Positions 9,550-18,039 of a stretch of DNA of 64,000 bases are shown here, piece by piece; positions within the stretch are counted from its first letter, which is position 1, and the number at the start of each line of letters is the position of its first letter. Source of the DNA: Rhizobiaceae bacterium. Lineage in GTDB: Bacteria > Pseudomonadota > Alphaproteobacteria > Rhizobiales > Rhizobiaceae. The notes under the pieces were generated by a model. The model made no database searches and was not told the DNA's origin. It saw only the letters and a list, made by a program, of their open reading frames with translations. The stretch covers positions 55,538 to 119,537 of the forward strand of contig JABABQ010000033.1 of the NCBI GenBank assembly GCA_014238155.1, read 5' to 3'. Position numbers and translations under genes: made by a program.

Positions 9550-10326
9550 TCAGGCGACCGCCTTTTTCTTACCGCGATTTCTTAATACGTGTGCATAATC
9601 AGGGTTGTAGAGATCGCTGTCCCGAAATTCTGCATTTCCAAAAACCGGCCCGACCATTACCAGTGCCGTGCGGGTAATTTTGGCCGCCCGAACCGCATCC
9701 TTCATTTGAGCCAATGTCGTTTTGATATACAATTCATCCGGCCAGGTGGAGCGATAGGCGATGACCACCGGGCAATCTTCGCCATAATACGGGGTCAGCG
9801 CTTCGCGAATATAGACCAGGTTGCGGATCGAAAGATGGATTGCCAGCGTCGCGCCCGACTGACCCAGAATTTCAAGCTGCTCGCCCTTCGGCATCGACGA
9901 GGCTTTCATGCCTGTGCGTGTAACGATGATCGTCTGGGCAATTTCCGGCAATGTCAGTTCGGTTTTCATTTTGGCAGCTACTGCAGCAAATGCCGGAACG
10001 CCGGGAATGATCTCATAGTCAATTTCCATCGCGTCGAGCCGCCGCATCTGCTCGGCTGTAGCACCGTAGATCGAAGGATCACCGGAATGGACCCGCGCTA
10101 CATCCTTGCCCTCTTCATCAGCAATCCGGATCTGCTCGATAATGGCGTCAAGATGCATCGGTGCTGTATCCATGACCAAAGCATCTTCGGGCGCCGCGGC
10201 AACGATCTCCTGGGGCACCAGAGAACCCGCATAGAGACAGACCGGGCAGGATTCAATCAACCGCAAACCCCGCACCGTTATCAGGTCCGGGGCTCCGGGA
10301 CCGGCTCCAATGAAATAGACACTCAT
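9550..10326 (-). CDS. cobM: precorrin-4 / cobalt-precorrin-4 C11-methyltransferase
   Basis: VYFIGAGPGAPDLITVRG and VHSGDPSIYGA motifs, 258 aa. Confidence 0.9.
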   Translation of the reverse strand: MSVYFIGAGPGAPDLITVRGLRLIESCPVCLYAGSLVPQEIVAAAPEDALVMDTAPMHLDAIIEQIRIADEEGKDVARVHSGDPSIYGATAEQMRRLDAMEIDYEIIPGVPAFAAVAAKMKTELTLPEIAQTIIVTRTGMKASSMPKGEQLEILGQSGATLAIHLSIRNLVYIREALTPYYGEDCPVVIAYRSTWPDELYIKTTLAQMKDAVRAAKITRTALVMVGPVFGNAEFRDSDLYNPDYAHVLRNRGKKKAVA

Positions 10327-12149
10327 GCCGCACTTCCAATCTTTGTACCTTGTTTGGCCGCATAGCCGCGCGGCGTATAGACCCAGTTTTTGCCATCACC
10401 CGTCTGCACGGTCTGGCTTTGCGACGATCCGACAATCACCACTGTCAGCATGTCGACATCATCAATCAACAAATCTGCCAGTGGAACGATCCGTATCAGT
10501 TCGCCTTCACGCCCCAGATTGGTCGCCAGGATCACCGGCGTATCGACGGGCCGGTGTTGCAGAAGCAAGTCCTTGGCGTAGACCAACTGGGTGCGGCGGC
10601 GGCGCGATACAGGGTTATAAAATGCAATTACAAAATCACCCTCTGCCGCCGCTTTGACCCGCATCTGGATTGATTCCCAGGGGGTTAGAAGGTCAGACAA
10701 AGAGATTGTGCAAAAGTCATGTCCCAAAGGCGCTCCGGCCCGGGCGGCAGCTGCTTGAAGCGCGGATATGCCCGGTGATACCTGAATAGCTATGCGTTTT
10801 GCTGCATCACTCAATCCACCGGAATTCAGCAATTCGTAGACCAGTGTTGCCATGGCATAAATACCGGCGTCGCCGGAGCATACCAGGGCCACATTGCGCC
10901 CTTCACCAGCCAGTTCCATGGCATGCCGCACCCGGTCTTCTTCCTTGCCCAGATCAAAATCATGACGGGTGCGTGTGGTGGTCAGATCTCCCAGCAAATC
11001 AAGATAGAGCGAATAGCCCACCAGATCGGTTGCCTGTGAAACCAGTTGGGTAACTTCCGGGGACCGCCACCCTTCAGAGCCGGGTCCGATGCCAACAACA
11101 GATAATTGGCCACGAGACCGTCCTTTTTCATCAATCGGGAATGTCTTTGCCGCCGCACCAACCGCCATGGTTGCGCGGCTGGATTTGATTTTTGGGCGCA
11201 GCAGATGGCCATCACTTCCAACACTTGCCAATGCCGCCCCTTCGGCGACGCCATGACAGCCGACTTCGGCGAAAACCACATCTGATGGATGTTGCAACCG
11301 GTCGACTTCCAGCTCCAGTACTTCTGCTGAAAAGAAACGAGATGGAACTCCAAGATGATCAGCCAGTTGATGAATCGCTGTCTCGTCGGCTTTCAGGTCA
11401 ATTGACGCAACGCAGGCTATTGCGCAGGGATCGATGTCGCACTCAGCAAGGAGTGATCTAAGTTCCTCAAACCCGACACCACGTTCACACCCGACGCCCA
11501 GTGCCAGATTTTGACGGCAATAAACCAGTTCGAGATTTTGTGGGTCTAACGGCTCCGCGCTGACCGTCAACCGCACGTCACCAGTCGGGCTGAACGGCAG
11601 GTCCGACTGGCTCAGCCAATTGGCCTGTTCCAGATCATTACCAGCCAGTTGAACGTGGGCGCCACCAAGCAATGCCGCCATCACCGCTTTGGCATTTTCC
11701 GGATTGCGCAACCGCCAGCCTGTTGGGGGTTCGTCCAGCGATACTCCAAAGCGGACATCTCCAGCTGTGGTAATTGCTGCAAAGCCACCAAGATGACCGG
11801 CCAACACCCGGGCCATCTGATTGCCACCATGGTGGCCACCCAAAAGCGGCACCACGGAAGATCCGTCATCGGCCACCGACAAAACCGCTGGATCGGTGCG
11901 TTTATCCCCGATGTGAGGCGCCAATAACCGAACCAGTGCGCCACAAGCCATGATTCCGATGAGAGTGCGCTTTTGGGCAAACAGGCTGCCCAGATGGTGC
12001 TGGGCATCGTCGAACAATATGTCAGCCCGTTCAATCCGTCCCCGCAATCCGTGGATTTCACCTCCCGACAGAGATTTAATCTCTTCAGCAACCGGCAAAG
12101 AGGAAGAAGACAGGACGACAATTGCCGGGCCTTCCGCAAGTGTGTTCAT
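10323..12149 (-). CDS. cobJ: fusion protein: N-terminal CbiG (cobalt-precorrin-5A hydrolase) plus C-terminal precorrin-3B / cobalt-factor-III C17-methyltransferase (CobJ/CbiH)
   Basis: The N-terminal ~340 aa have CbiG-like motifs (GIMACGALVRLLAP, VPLLGGHHGGN, LASIDLKADE). The C-terminal ~250 aa carry a methylase (LSVVGIGPGSEGW, VCSGDAGIYAMA). Confidence 0.85.
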   Translation of the reverse strand: MNTLAEGPAIVVLSSSSLPVAEEIKSLSGGEIHGLRGRIERADILFDDAQHHLGSLFAQKRTLIGIMACGALVRLLAPHIGDKRTDPAVLSVADDGSSVVPLLGGHHGGNQMARVLAGHLGGFAAITTAGDVRFGVSLDEPPTGWRLRNPENAKAVMAALLGGAHVQLAGNDLEQANWLSQSDLPFSPTGDVRLTVSAEPLDPQNLELVYCRQNLALGVGCERGVGFEELRSLLAECDIDPCAIACVASIDLKADETAIHQLADHLGVPSRFFSAEVLELEVDRLQHPSDVVFAEVGCHGVAEGAALASVGSDGHLLRPKIKSSRATMAVGAAAKTFPIDEKGRSRGQLSVVGIGPGSEGWRSPEVTQLVSQATDLVGYSLYLDLLGDLTTTRTRHDFDLGKEEDRVRHAMELAGEGRNVALVCSGDAGIYAMATLVYELLNSGGLSDAAKRIAIQVSPGISALQAAAARAGAPLGHDFCTISLSDLLTPWESIQMRVKAAAEGDFVIAFYNPVSRRRRTQLVYAKDLLLQHRPVDTPVILATNLGREGELIRIVPLADLLIDDVDMLTVVIVGSSQSQTVQTGDGKNWVYTPRGYAAKQGTKIGSAA

Positions 12150-12880
12150 TTTGATGCTCCAAATAATGGCAATTGCGAGATCCAGTTTTCCGCGCCTTTA
12201 TAGATCAGGATCATCGAGAAATAAGGTGCTGCAGCGTCTTTCACATCAGCCAGCGGCGCGATTTTCTGGTTTGGCAACGTCGCCCGTTCCAGATAGGCGG
12301 CTTGCCGCAGCAGACCAGCTTTGTCGATCAGTTGACGCACCCGCTCCAGATGCCGTCCAACTTTGATGAAACAAAGCGCGTCACTGCTGTTGAGATGATC
12401 CAGTATCTGCGCATCTTCAAGCGGAGACGGGATCACGGTCAATACATCGTTGCGGGCGGCCAGCGGTCGCCCGAAAGCAGCAGCCGACGCCATCATCGAT
12501 GATACGCCCGGAACGACCTCGCAGCGATAATTGGACGCCAGCCGTTCAAACAGATACATGAAGGAGCCATAGAAAAATGGATCACCTTCACAAAGAACAA
12601 CAACGTCCTCGCCTGAATCAAGATGCGAGGCGATACTTGTTGCCGCCTGATCATAAACACTTTTTGCCGGAAACCGTTCAACCCGCATCGGCACAATAAT
12701 TGGTATTTCTTTCTGCTCTGATGACAGATATTCAGCCACGATGGAGCGGGCAAAACTGTCACCATTATCAGGTGCGGGATAAGCAACCACCGGGGCCGTT
12801 GTGAGCAGACGATGGGCTTTCAGGGTAAGCAATTCAGGGTCACCTGGCCCGACACCAATGCCATAGAGCGTGCCGGTCAT
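12146..12880 (-). CDS. cobI: precorrin-2 / cobalt-factor-II C20-methyltransferase
   Basis: GTLYGIGVGPGDPELLTLKA and LCEGDPFFYGS motifs. Start chosen at the ATG that forms an ATGA overlap with the cobL stop; the ORF track extends to 12913. Confidence 0.85.
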   Translation of the reverse strand: MTGTLYGIGVGPGDPELLTLKAHRLLTTAPVVAYPAPDNGDSFARSIVAEYLSSEQKEIPIIVPMRVERFPAKSVYDQAATSIASHLDSGEDVVVLCEGDPFFYGSFMYLFERLASNYRCEVVPGVSSMMASAAAFGRPLAARNDVLTVIPSPLEDAQILDHLNSSDALCFIKVGRHLERVRQLIDKAGLLRQAAYLERATLPNQKIAPLADVKDAAAPYFSMILIYKGAENWISQLPLFGASK

Positions 12881-14091
12881 CACGCGACATCCCATGGCTT
12901 TATTACACTCCACTGGGTCACTGGCATTGCAGCACGCCAGCCACGAAAGGTGCCAATATTCTCAGCCTTTTGCACCGACAGTCTGACAAGCTCCCCGCCA
13001 AGATTTCCATGCAGGTCAATCAGGCGAGCTTCACTTTCCAACGTCACAACATTGGCGACGAGACGACCACCGGGTCGCATTGCCGCCCACACGGTCTCAA
13101 AAAGCCCCTCTGCCGAAAGGCCACCCCCGATAAACACAGCGTCAGGTTGCGGCAATCCCTTCAGATTATCGGGCGCCCGTCCTTCAATCACCATCATTTT
13201 TTCTGCACCCAACTGCACCATATTTTTGCGGATCATTTCAACACGCCGGGGCTTTTCTTCCACCGCAACTGCGATCGCTCCTCTTGCCGCGCGCATCCAT
13301 TCGACACTGACCGATCCGCAGCCTGCACCGATGTCCCACAATATGGAGTCCGGGAAAGGCGCCAGTTTGGCCAGTGTTGCCGCTCTTATATCTTGTTTGG
13401 TGATCTGTCCGTCTGACACAAATGCCTGATCCGGCAGACCACCGGTTCGCGGATACCATTGAGCATTTTCGCCGCCGACACATTCTATCGCCAGCGTATG
13501 AAAATCCGGAACCTCGTGGTGCCAGGTCTCAGCTGTTGCTTCAAATCGCTGTTCGCGGACGCCACCAAGAGCCGCAAGCGCCACCATCCTGCTGGCAGCA
13601 AAGCCCCGGTCGCACAGCATCTTGGCCAGAGCCGCGGGCGTATCGGCATTTTGAGTAAGAACCAACATCCGCACGCGCGGGGCCATGTGGGGCAATATCT
13701 GGCTATCGGCGCGGCCGTGCACCGTCACCGTTTCACAATCAGCAAGGCTCCAGCCCATGCGAGCCGAGGCCCATTGGAAAGCTGAAAGCTGCGGATAAAA
13801 TGTCACGTCATCAGCCGGAATAGCCTTCAGGATACGGGCGCCCACAGAATACCAAAGCGGATCACCGGTCACCAAAATCACAATCTGTCGCCCCTGATAT
13901 GACTTGATTTCATCAATCAGCGCATCGAACGGAGATGGCCAGTTTATGCGTTGGGCGCTGATATTGGAGGACAGTCCGTGGTGACGCTGGCCGCCGATGA
14001 TGACTTCAGCGCCTTCCAGCACTTCCAGCGCTTTGGCAGACAGGCCGTCAACGCCGTCTTCGCCAATACCGATTATGTTCAACCAGCTCAT
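12880..14091 (-). CDS. cobL: precorrin-6Y C5,15-methyltransferase (decarboxylating), CbiE+CbiT fused
   Basis: N-terminal tetrapyrrole methylase part (LNIIGIGEDG) and C-terminal SAM-MTase part (LWDIGAGCGSVSVEW), 403 aa. Confidence 0.9.
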   Translation of the reverse strand: MSWLNIIGIGEDGVDGLSAKALEVLEGAEVIIGGQRHHGLSSNISAQRINWPSPFDALIDEIKSYQGRQIVILVTGDPLWYSVGARILKAIPADDVTFYPQLSAFQWASARMGWSLADCETVTVHGRADSQILPHMAPRVRMLVLTQNADTPAALAKMLCDRGFAASRMVALAALGGVREQRFEATAETWHHEVPDFHTLAIECVGGENAQWYPRTGGLPDQAFVSDGQITKQDIRAATLAKLAPFPDSILWDIGAGCGSVSVEWMRAARGAIAVAVEEKPRRVEMIRKNMVQLGAEKMMVIEGRAPDNLKGLPQPDAVFIGGGLSAEGLFETVWAAMRPGGRLVANVVTLESEARLIDLHGNLGGELVRLSVQKAENIGTFRGWRAAMPVTQWSVIKPWDVA

Positions 14092-14723
14092 TGTTCCAAC
14101 TCCGCCGACAGGGCATTGACCACCGCGCTGGCCATTGCCGAGCCGCCACGACGTCCATGAACCGTAATATAGTTCAACCCCTGGCCAAATTCAGCCAGCG
14201 CCAGCTTGGATTCCACCGCACCCACAAATCCCACCGGAATGCCGATCACCAGAGCCGGCATGCCCCTGCCCTGTTGAATGTTCTCCAACAGCCGGAACAA
14301 GGCCGTCGGCGCGTTGCCGATGGCGATGACGGCACCTTCAACATCGTCCCAAAGATTAACGGCTGCAGCTGATCGCGTAGTGTCGATCTGGCTCGCCAGG
14401 TCCGGGGTTTGCGGGTCGTTGAGGGTACAGAGCAACTTATTGTCGGCAGGTAGCCGAGACTTGATGATCCCGGAACGCACCATCTCCACATCGCAATAGA
14501 TTGTGGTCCCCTGCTGCAAGGCTTTGCGTCCCGCCTGTGCTGCTCCAGCTGAAAACGACAAGTCCTCGATCACATCCACCATACCGCAGGAATGGATGAG
14601 GCGTGTCGCCACCGGTTGCATCGCCGCGGGCAGCGCAGACAAGCCCGCTTCCTCGCGCACAATGGCAAAGGAGCGACGATAAATCTCCGCAGGTTGTCGG
14701 ATATAATCATACATCACAGCCAC
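14088..14723 (-). CDS. cobH: precorrin-8X methylmutase
   Basis: YDYIRQPAEIY N-terminus, RLIHSCGM and IAIGNAPTALF motifs, 211 aa. Confidence 0.9.
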   Translation of the reverse strand: MAVMYDYIRQPAEIYRRSFAIVREEAGLSALPAAMQPVATRLIHSCGMVDVIEDLSFSAGAAQAGRKALQQGTTIYCDVEMVRSGIIKSRLPADNKLLCTLNDPQTPDLASQIDTTRSAAAVNLWDDVEGAVIAIGNAPTALFRLLENIQQGRGMPALVIGIPVGFVGAVESKLALAEFGQGLNYITVHGRRGGSAMASAVVNALSAELEQ

Positions 14724-14736
14724 TCAACATCCCAGA

Positions 14737-15885
14737 TCAGTGCTTTTTCATCGAGTTGGGACCATGTGGGTGGTCTGCATGGGGATAAGGATGATGATGG
14801 TGATCATCCCCGTGTGAATGGTCATGAGCGTGGCTGTGAGTGTGGCTGTGATCATGGTCATGATGATGCGGGTCCAGGCTGGCTGGGGAATCATGGGAAT
14901 GAACCGGTGTCCATGGCAAGCCATGTTGCTTGCAGAAATCCTCCTCCCGGCATGACGCGTCGCAATCGCCATTGCACGGACAATCTTCCAGCCCGCCGCC
15001 AATACCTTCCACATGATGGTGGTGGCTTTCCTGGGCCAGTCCGACCTGATCTTCAAAACCCAATACCTGCTCACGATATTTGCACATCTGGCAGTTCATC
15101 ACATTGAGACCGGCATCGATTTCATTAACCCGGTCTTCGAAAGTGGAGAGCACCAGTTCATGGTCGTTCAGATAGCCCGCTTTTAGGAATTCAATATCGG
15201 GATGGCGGGCGGCGACCTCATCGGTAAAGGCAAAGATGCGCTTGACCAGTACCCCGGTGAACAGGAAATACGGAAAGACTATAATGCGCTTGTAGCCAAG
15301 CTTGGCGGCGTGTTCCAAACCGGGTTCAACCAGCGGAAAGGTGACTCCGGAATAGCAGACTTCTCCCCAACCGAACCCAAACCCTTCCCACAGCATCCGC
15401 ATGATTTTGTTGATGTTTGAATTGGCGTCCGGATCAGACGATCCACGACCAACCACCATCAGCATTGTATCATGCAGTGCAACATCAGTGGCGGCGGCGG
15501 CGGCGGCATCGATTGCTTCCTGAACTCGCGCGGCAGCGGCCCGGATCATTTTTAGGTCGACCCCCAATTCCCGGCCATAGATGATTTCCATGCCTGGATT
15601 TTGCGCCTGATAGGTATTCAGCACCGAGGGAATATCGTTTTTTGCGTGACCGGCTGCAAACAACATGCCCGGCACCGCAAGCACCCGGGTACATCCCTGT
15701 TCACGCAGCTTGTCGAGGCCGTGGGAAATTACCGGATTGGCAAATTCAAGATACCCATATTCAACCGGCGCATCGCCGAAGCGGCCCTTGAGTCCTTGCG
15801 AAACCTGGGCAAATTCTTTCATCGCATTTTGATTGCGGCTGCCGTGACCACAAATCATGATGCCAATTTTTTCAGATGCGCTCAC
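14737..15885 (-). CDS. cbiX: long-form CbiX-type sirohydrochlorin cobaltochelatase with Cys-rich and His-rich C-terminal extension
   Basis: Tandem CbiX halves (IMICGHGSRN, MLMVVGRGSSD), then NCQMCKY (MxCxxC-like), CPCNGDCDASC and an HHHDHDHSHTHSHAHDHSHGDDHHHH tail. GTG start. Confidence 0.8.
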   Translation of the reverse strand: MSASEKIGIMICGHGSRNQNAMKEFAQVSQGLKGRFGDAPVEYGYLEFANPVISHGLDKLREQGCTRVLAVPGMLFAAGHAKNDIPSVLNTYQAQNPGMEIIYGRELGVDLKMIRAAAARVQEAIDAAAAAATDVALHDTMLMVVGRGSSDPDANSNINKIMRMLWEGFGFGWGEVCYSGVTFPLVEPGLEHAAKLGYKRIIVFPYFLFTGVLVKRIFAFTDEVAARHPDIEFLKAGYLNDHELVLSTFEDRVNEIDAGLNVMNCQMCKYREQVLGFEDQVGLAQESHHHHVEGIGGGLEDCPCNGDCDASCREEDFCKQHGLPWTPVHSHDSPASLDPHHHDHDHSHTHSHAHDHSHGDDHHHHPYPHADHPHGPNSMKKH

Positions 15886-16130
15886 GCTGCTTCCCCTTCA
15901 GCTTCAATGTCGGTCTCTTGCTCTTGATCTTTTTGCGGTTTGGAGCGCGCCGCCGCCGCCGTCGCCGCCGCCATCGCCGCGGCCAATGCGGCCGCCGCAG
16001 CCGCAGCGCCAATGGCGATCAGGTGTCCATGCCCCGCCAATTCCCCAACATGCCCCCAATGGGCGTGGGCCGCAGAGGTAAAGGTCAGCCCGGCAAAAAC
16101 AGGCAGGTAAAACGAGATAGATTTGAGCAT
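15882..16130 (-). CDS. small exported/membrane His-motif protein (82 aa): signal peptide, HWGHVGELAGHGH, Ala-rich TM helix, acidic tail
   Basis: The internal ATG at 16130 is preceded by GAGGAGA. The stop overlaps the cbiX GTG start (GTGA). The mature N-terminus resembles the His/Gly motifs of HupE/UreJ first segments. Confidence 0.55.
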   Translation of the reverse strand: MLKSISFYLPVFAGLTFTSAAHAHWGHVGELAGHGHLIAIGAAAAAAALAAAMAAATAAAARSKPQKDQEQETDIEAEGEAA

Positions 16131-16337
16131 TTTGGTCTCCTCGACGTTAAGTGACAGGCCGAGGGTCAGCGTTGCAAGTCGAGCTTGCTTCGCCAATCAG
16201 ACAGTTTCGAACTTGGCCCCCTGATTGGGTCAACCGCATCGAAATCGTTTTCAGCCCGTCGGTGGGCACCATCGATCTGGGCTGACAATATCCAAGCGCA
16301 TAGCAAACAACAAACGCTTTCGCGGCTTAGTTCACCC

Positions 16338-16748
16338 TTATTGCGACAATTTCAGCAGCACTTTCACATGATCGAGCATGCCCTGCTCCAAATCGTGAAG
16401 TTCCCCGTCTGCCATGGCCAATTGCTGAAGTTGATCAAACACCGTCCGCCGTTCAGCCGCGTTCAGCTGGCGGTTCAAAATAACGGTGAACGGGAACAGT
16501 CCCGCTGACAGGCGGTCATTTTCCTCTCCATCCAGCGTCAATTGTGCCAGCTGAGCTTCATCCAGCTCATATCTTTCCAGCAAAAGCGCGTGCAGTTGCG
16601 CCCGCTCTTCATCGGTCACCACACCATCAATGGCGATCATATGATAAAACAGCGCCGCAACGCAGACCTGAATGTCGTGATCCCCAAAACCCTGCTTGTG
16701 ATCAAGAGGTTCTGCCGCTTCCAGCCAATCCATTACCCGGTCAAACAT
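16338..16748 (-). CDS. TerB-like (tellurite-resistance TerB / DjlA N-terminal domain) family protein
   Basis: Two xADGxxxxxE helical repeats (MIAIDGVVTDEE, LAMADGELHDLE), 136 aa. Confidence 0.6.
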   Translation of the reverse strand: MFDRVMDWLEAAEPLDHKQGFGDHDIQVCVAALFYHMIAIDGVVTDEERAQLHALLLERYELDEAQLAQLTLDGEENDRLSAGLFPFTVILNRQLNAAERRTVFDQLQQLAMADGELHDLEQGMLDHVKVLLKLSQ

Positions 16749-16767
16749 GACAGCAACGCTCCATGGT

Positions 16768-17250
16768 TCAGAGCCTTGCCACGATCAGGTTGACCTGTTC
16801 AGGTGTATAGCCCAACACCCGTGATACCCGGGCGATGAGATCCACTTCATTTTCGTGCAACACGTTGTCGGCTCGCGCCATGGTAATCAGATTGCCAAGT
16901 ACTTGGGATTTGCGTTCTCCCGGCATTTCAGCAAACACGGCAGCCGCCTGCTCACCACTGGTCTCGTAGCCATAATCGCTGAGAAATTTTATCACTTCCG
17001 GCACGTCTTCTTCGGGAATGCCAAACATCGTTTTGCAATATTGCCTGAACAGATCGAGCTCGGGGCCTTTGAGTTCTCCGTCAATGAACATCATCCGCAC
17101 CAGCAGCATGATTTCAGAGGCCAGATGGGGATCATCTGCCACCACCTGCACCGAAGACTTGTTGGTCAGCAGCGACTTGATCGATTCCAGTATCCGCACC
17201 CTTGCCCCCAAAAACCTCCAAAACGGACAGAATCTGCCCCACCCAACCAT
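16768..17250 (-). CDS. TerB-like family protein, paralog of the downstream gene. Start uncertain; a GTG near 17199 would give ~143 aa.
   Basis: MMFIDGELKGPE and MARADNVLHENE repeats, the same architecture as 16338-16748. Confidence 0.55.
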   Translation of the reverse strand: MVGWGRFCPFWRFLGARVRILESIKSLLTNKSSVQVVADDPHLASEIMLLVRMMFIDGELKGPELDLFRQYCKTMFGIPEEDVPEVIKFLSDYGYETSGEQAAAVFAEMPGERKSQVLGNLITMARADNVLHENEVDLIARVSRVLGYTPEQVNLIVARL

Positions 17251-17331
17251 AATTGTTCCATTAACGGGACCAATCTGGCAAGTCGGGCGGTTTTTGGAAG
17301 AATTATCGCCGTAGAATTGTCGGTGCCAAGA

Positions 17332-17970
17332 TCAGAATTCGATGCCGACCTGGGCTTTCACCCCGTCTCTGAACGGGTGTTTCACCATCGTCATATCGGT
17401 CACCAGATCGGCGATTTCCATCAGTTCTTCCTTGGCGTTGCGGCCGGTGATGATGACGTGCTTCATCTCCGGCTTGTTCTGCAACACTTCGATGACTTCC
17501 GATACCGGAAGATAGTCATACCGCAACACGATGTTCAGCTCATCGCACAACACCATGTCGTGCTCATCGTCCATGATCATTTCCTTGGTGCGCTCCCAGG
17601 CGGCCCGCGCGGCATCGATATCCCGCTGACGGTCCTGGGTCTCCCAGGTAAACCCGTCGCCCATCGCCGTCATCGTCACCTGATCTCCCAATTTCTCGAG
17701 AATGACCCGCTCACCCGTCTGCCACTTGCCTTTGACAAACTGCACGACACCAACTTTCATGCCATTACCGAGTGCTCTGAAGACCATGCCGAAGGCGGCT
17801 GTGCTTTTGCCCTTGCCCTTGCCGGTATGCACCATGATCAACCCCTTTTCGCGGGTTTTTGTGGCGATGATCTTGTCGCGCGCCGCCTTCTTCTTTTTCA
17901 TTTTGTCGGCATGACGCGCGTTCAGTTGGTCTTCGGTGAGATGATCATATTTTCCGGGTTTATCAGCCAT
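17332..17970 (-). CDS. cobO: cob(I)yrinic acid a,c-diamide adenosyltransferase
   Basis: HTGKGKGKSTAAFG P-loop, LDELN-type motif (CDELNIVL), 212 aa. Confidence 0.9.
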   Translation of the reverse strand: MADKPGKYDHLTEDQLNARHADKMKKKKAARDKIIATKTREKGLIMVHTGKGKGKSTAAFGMVFRALGNGMKVGVVQFVKGKWQTGERVILEKLGDQVTMTAMGDGFTWETQDRQRDIDAARAAWERTKEMIMDDEHDMVLCDELNIVLRYDYLPVSEVIEVLQNKPEMKHVIITGRNAKEELMEIADLVTDMTMVKHPFRDGVKAQVGIEF

Positions 17971-18039
17971 GCCAGGTCTCGCTTTTGGTTTTCAGTTTCC
18001 GGTCATCGGCCAACACTGGCCGGTTGATTTCATTGTTGA

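Noticed and set aside
16855-18027. 390-aa plus-strand ORF
   Set aside because: It is antisense to the TerB-like gene and cobO. It is H/R/F-rich and motif-free.
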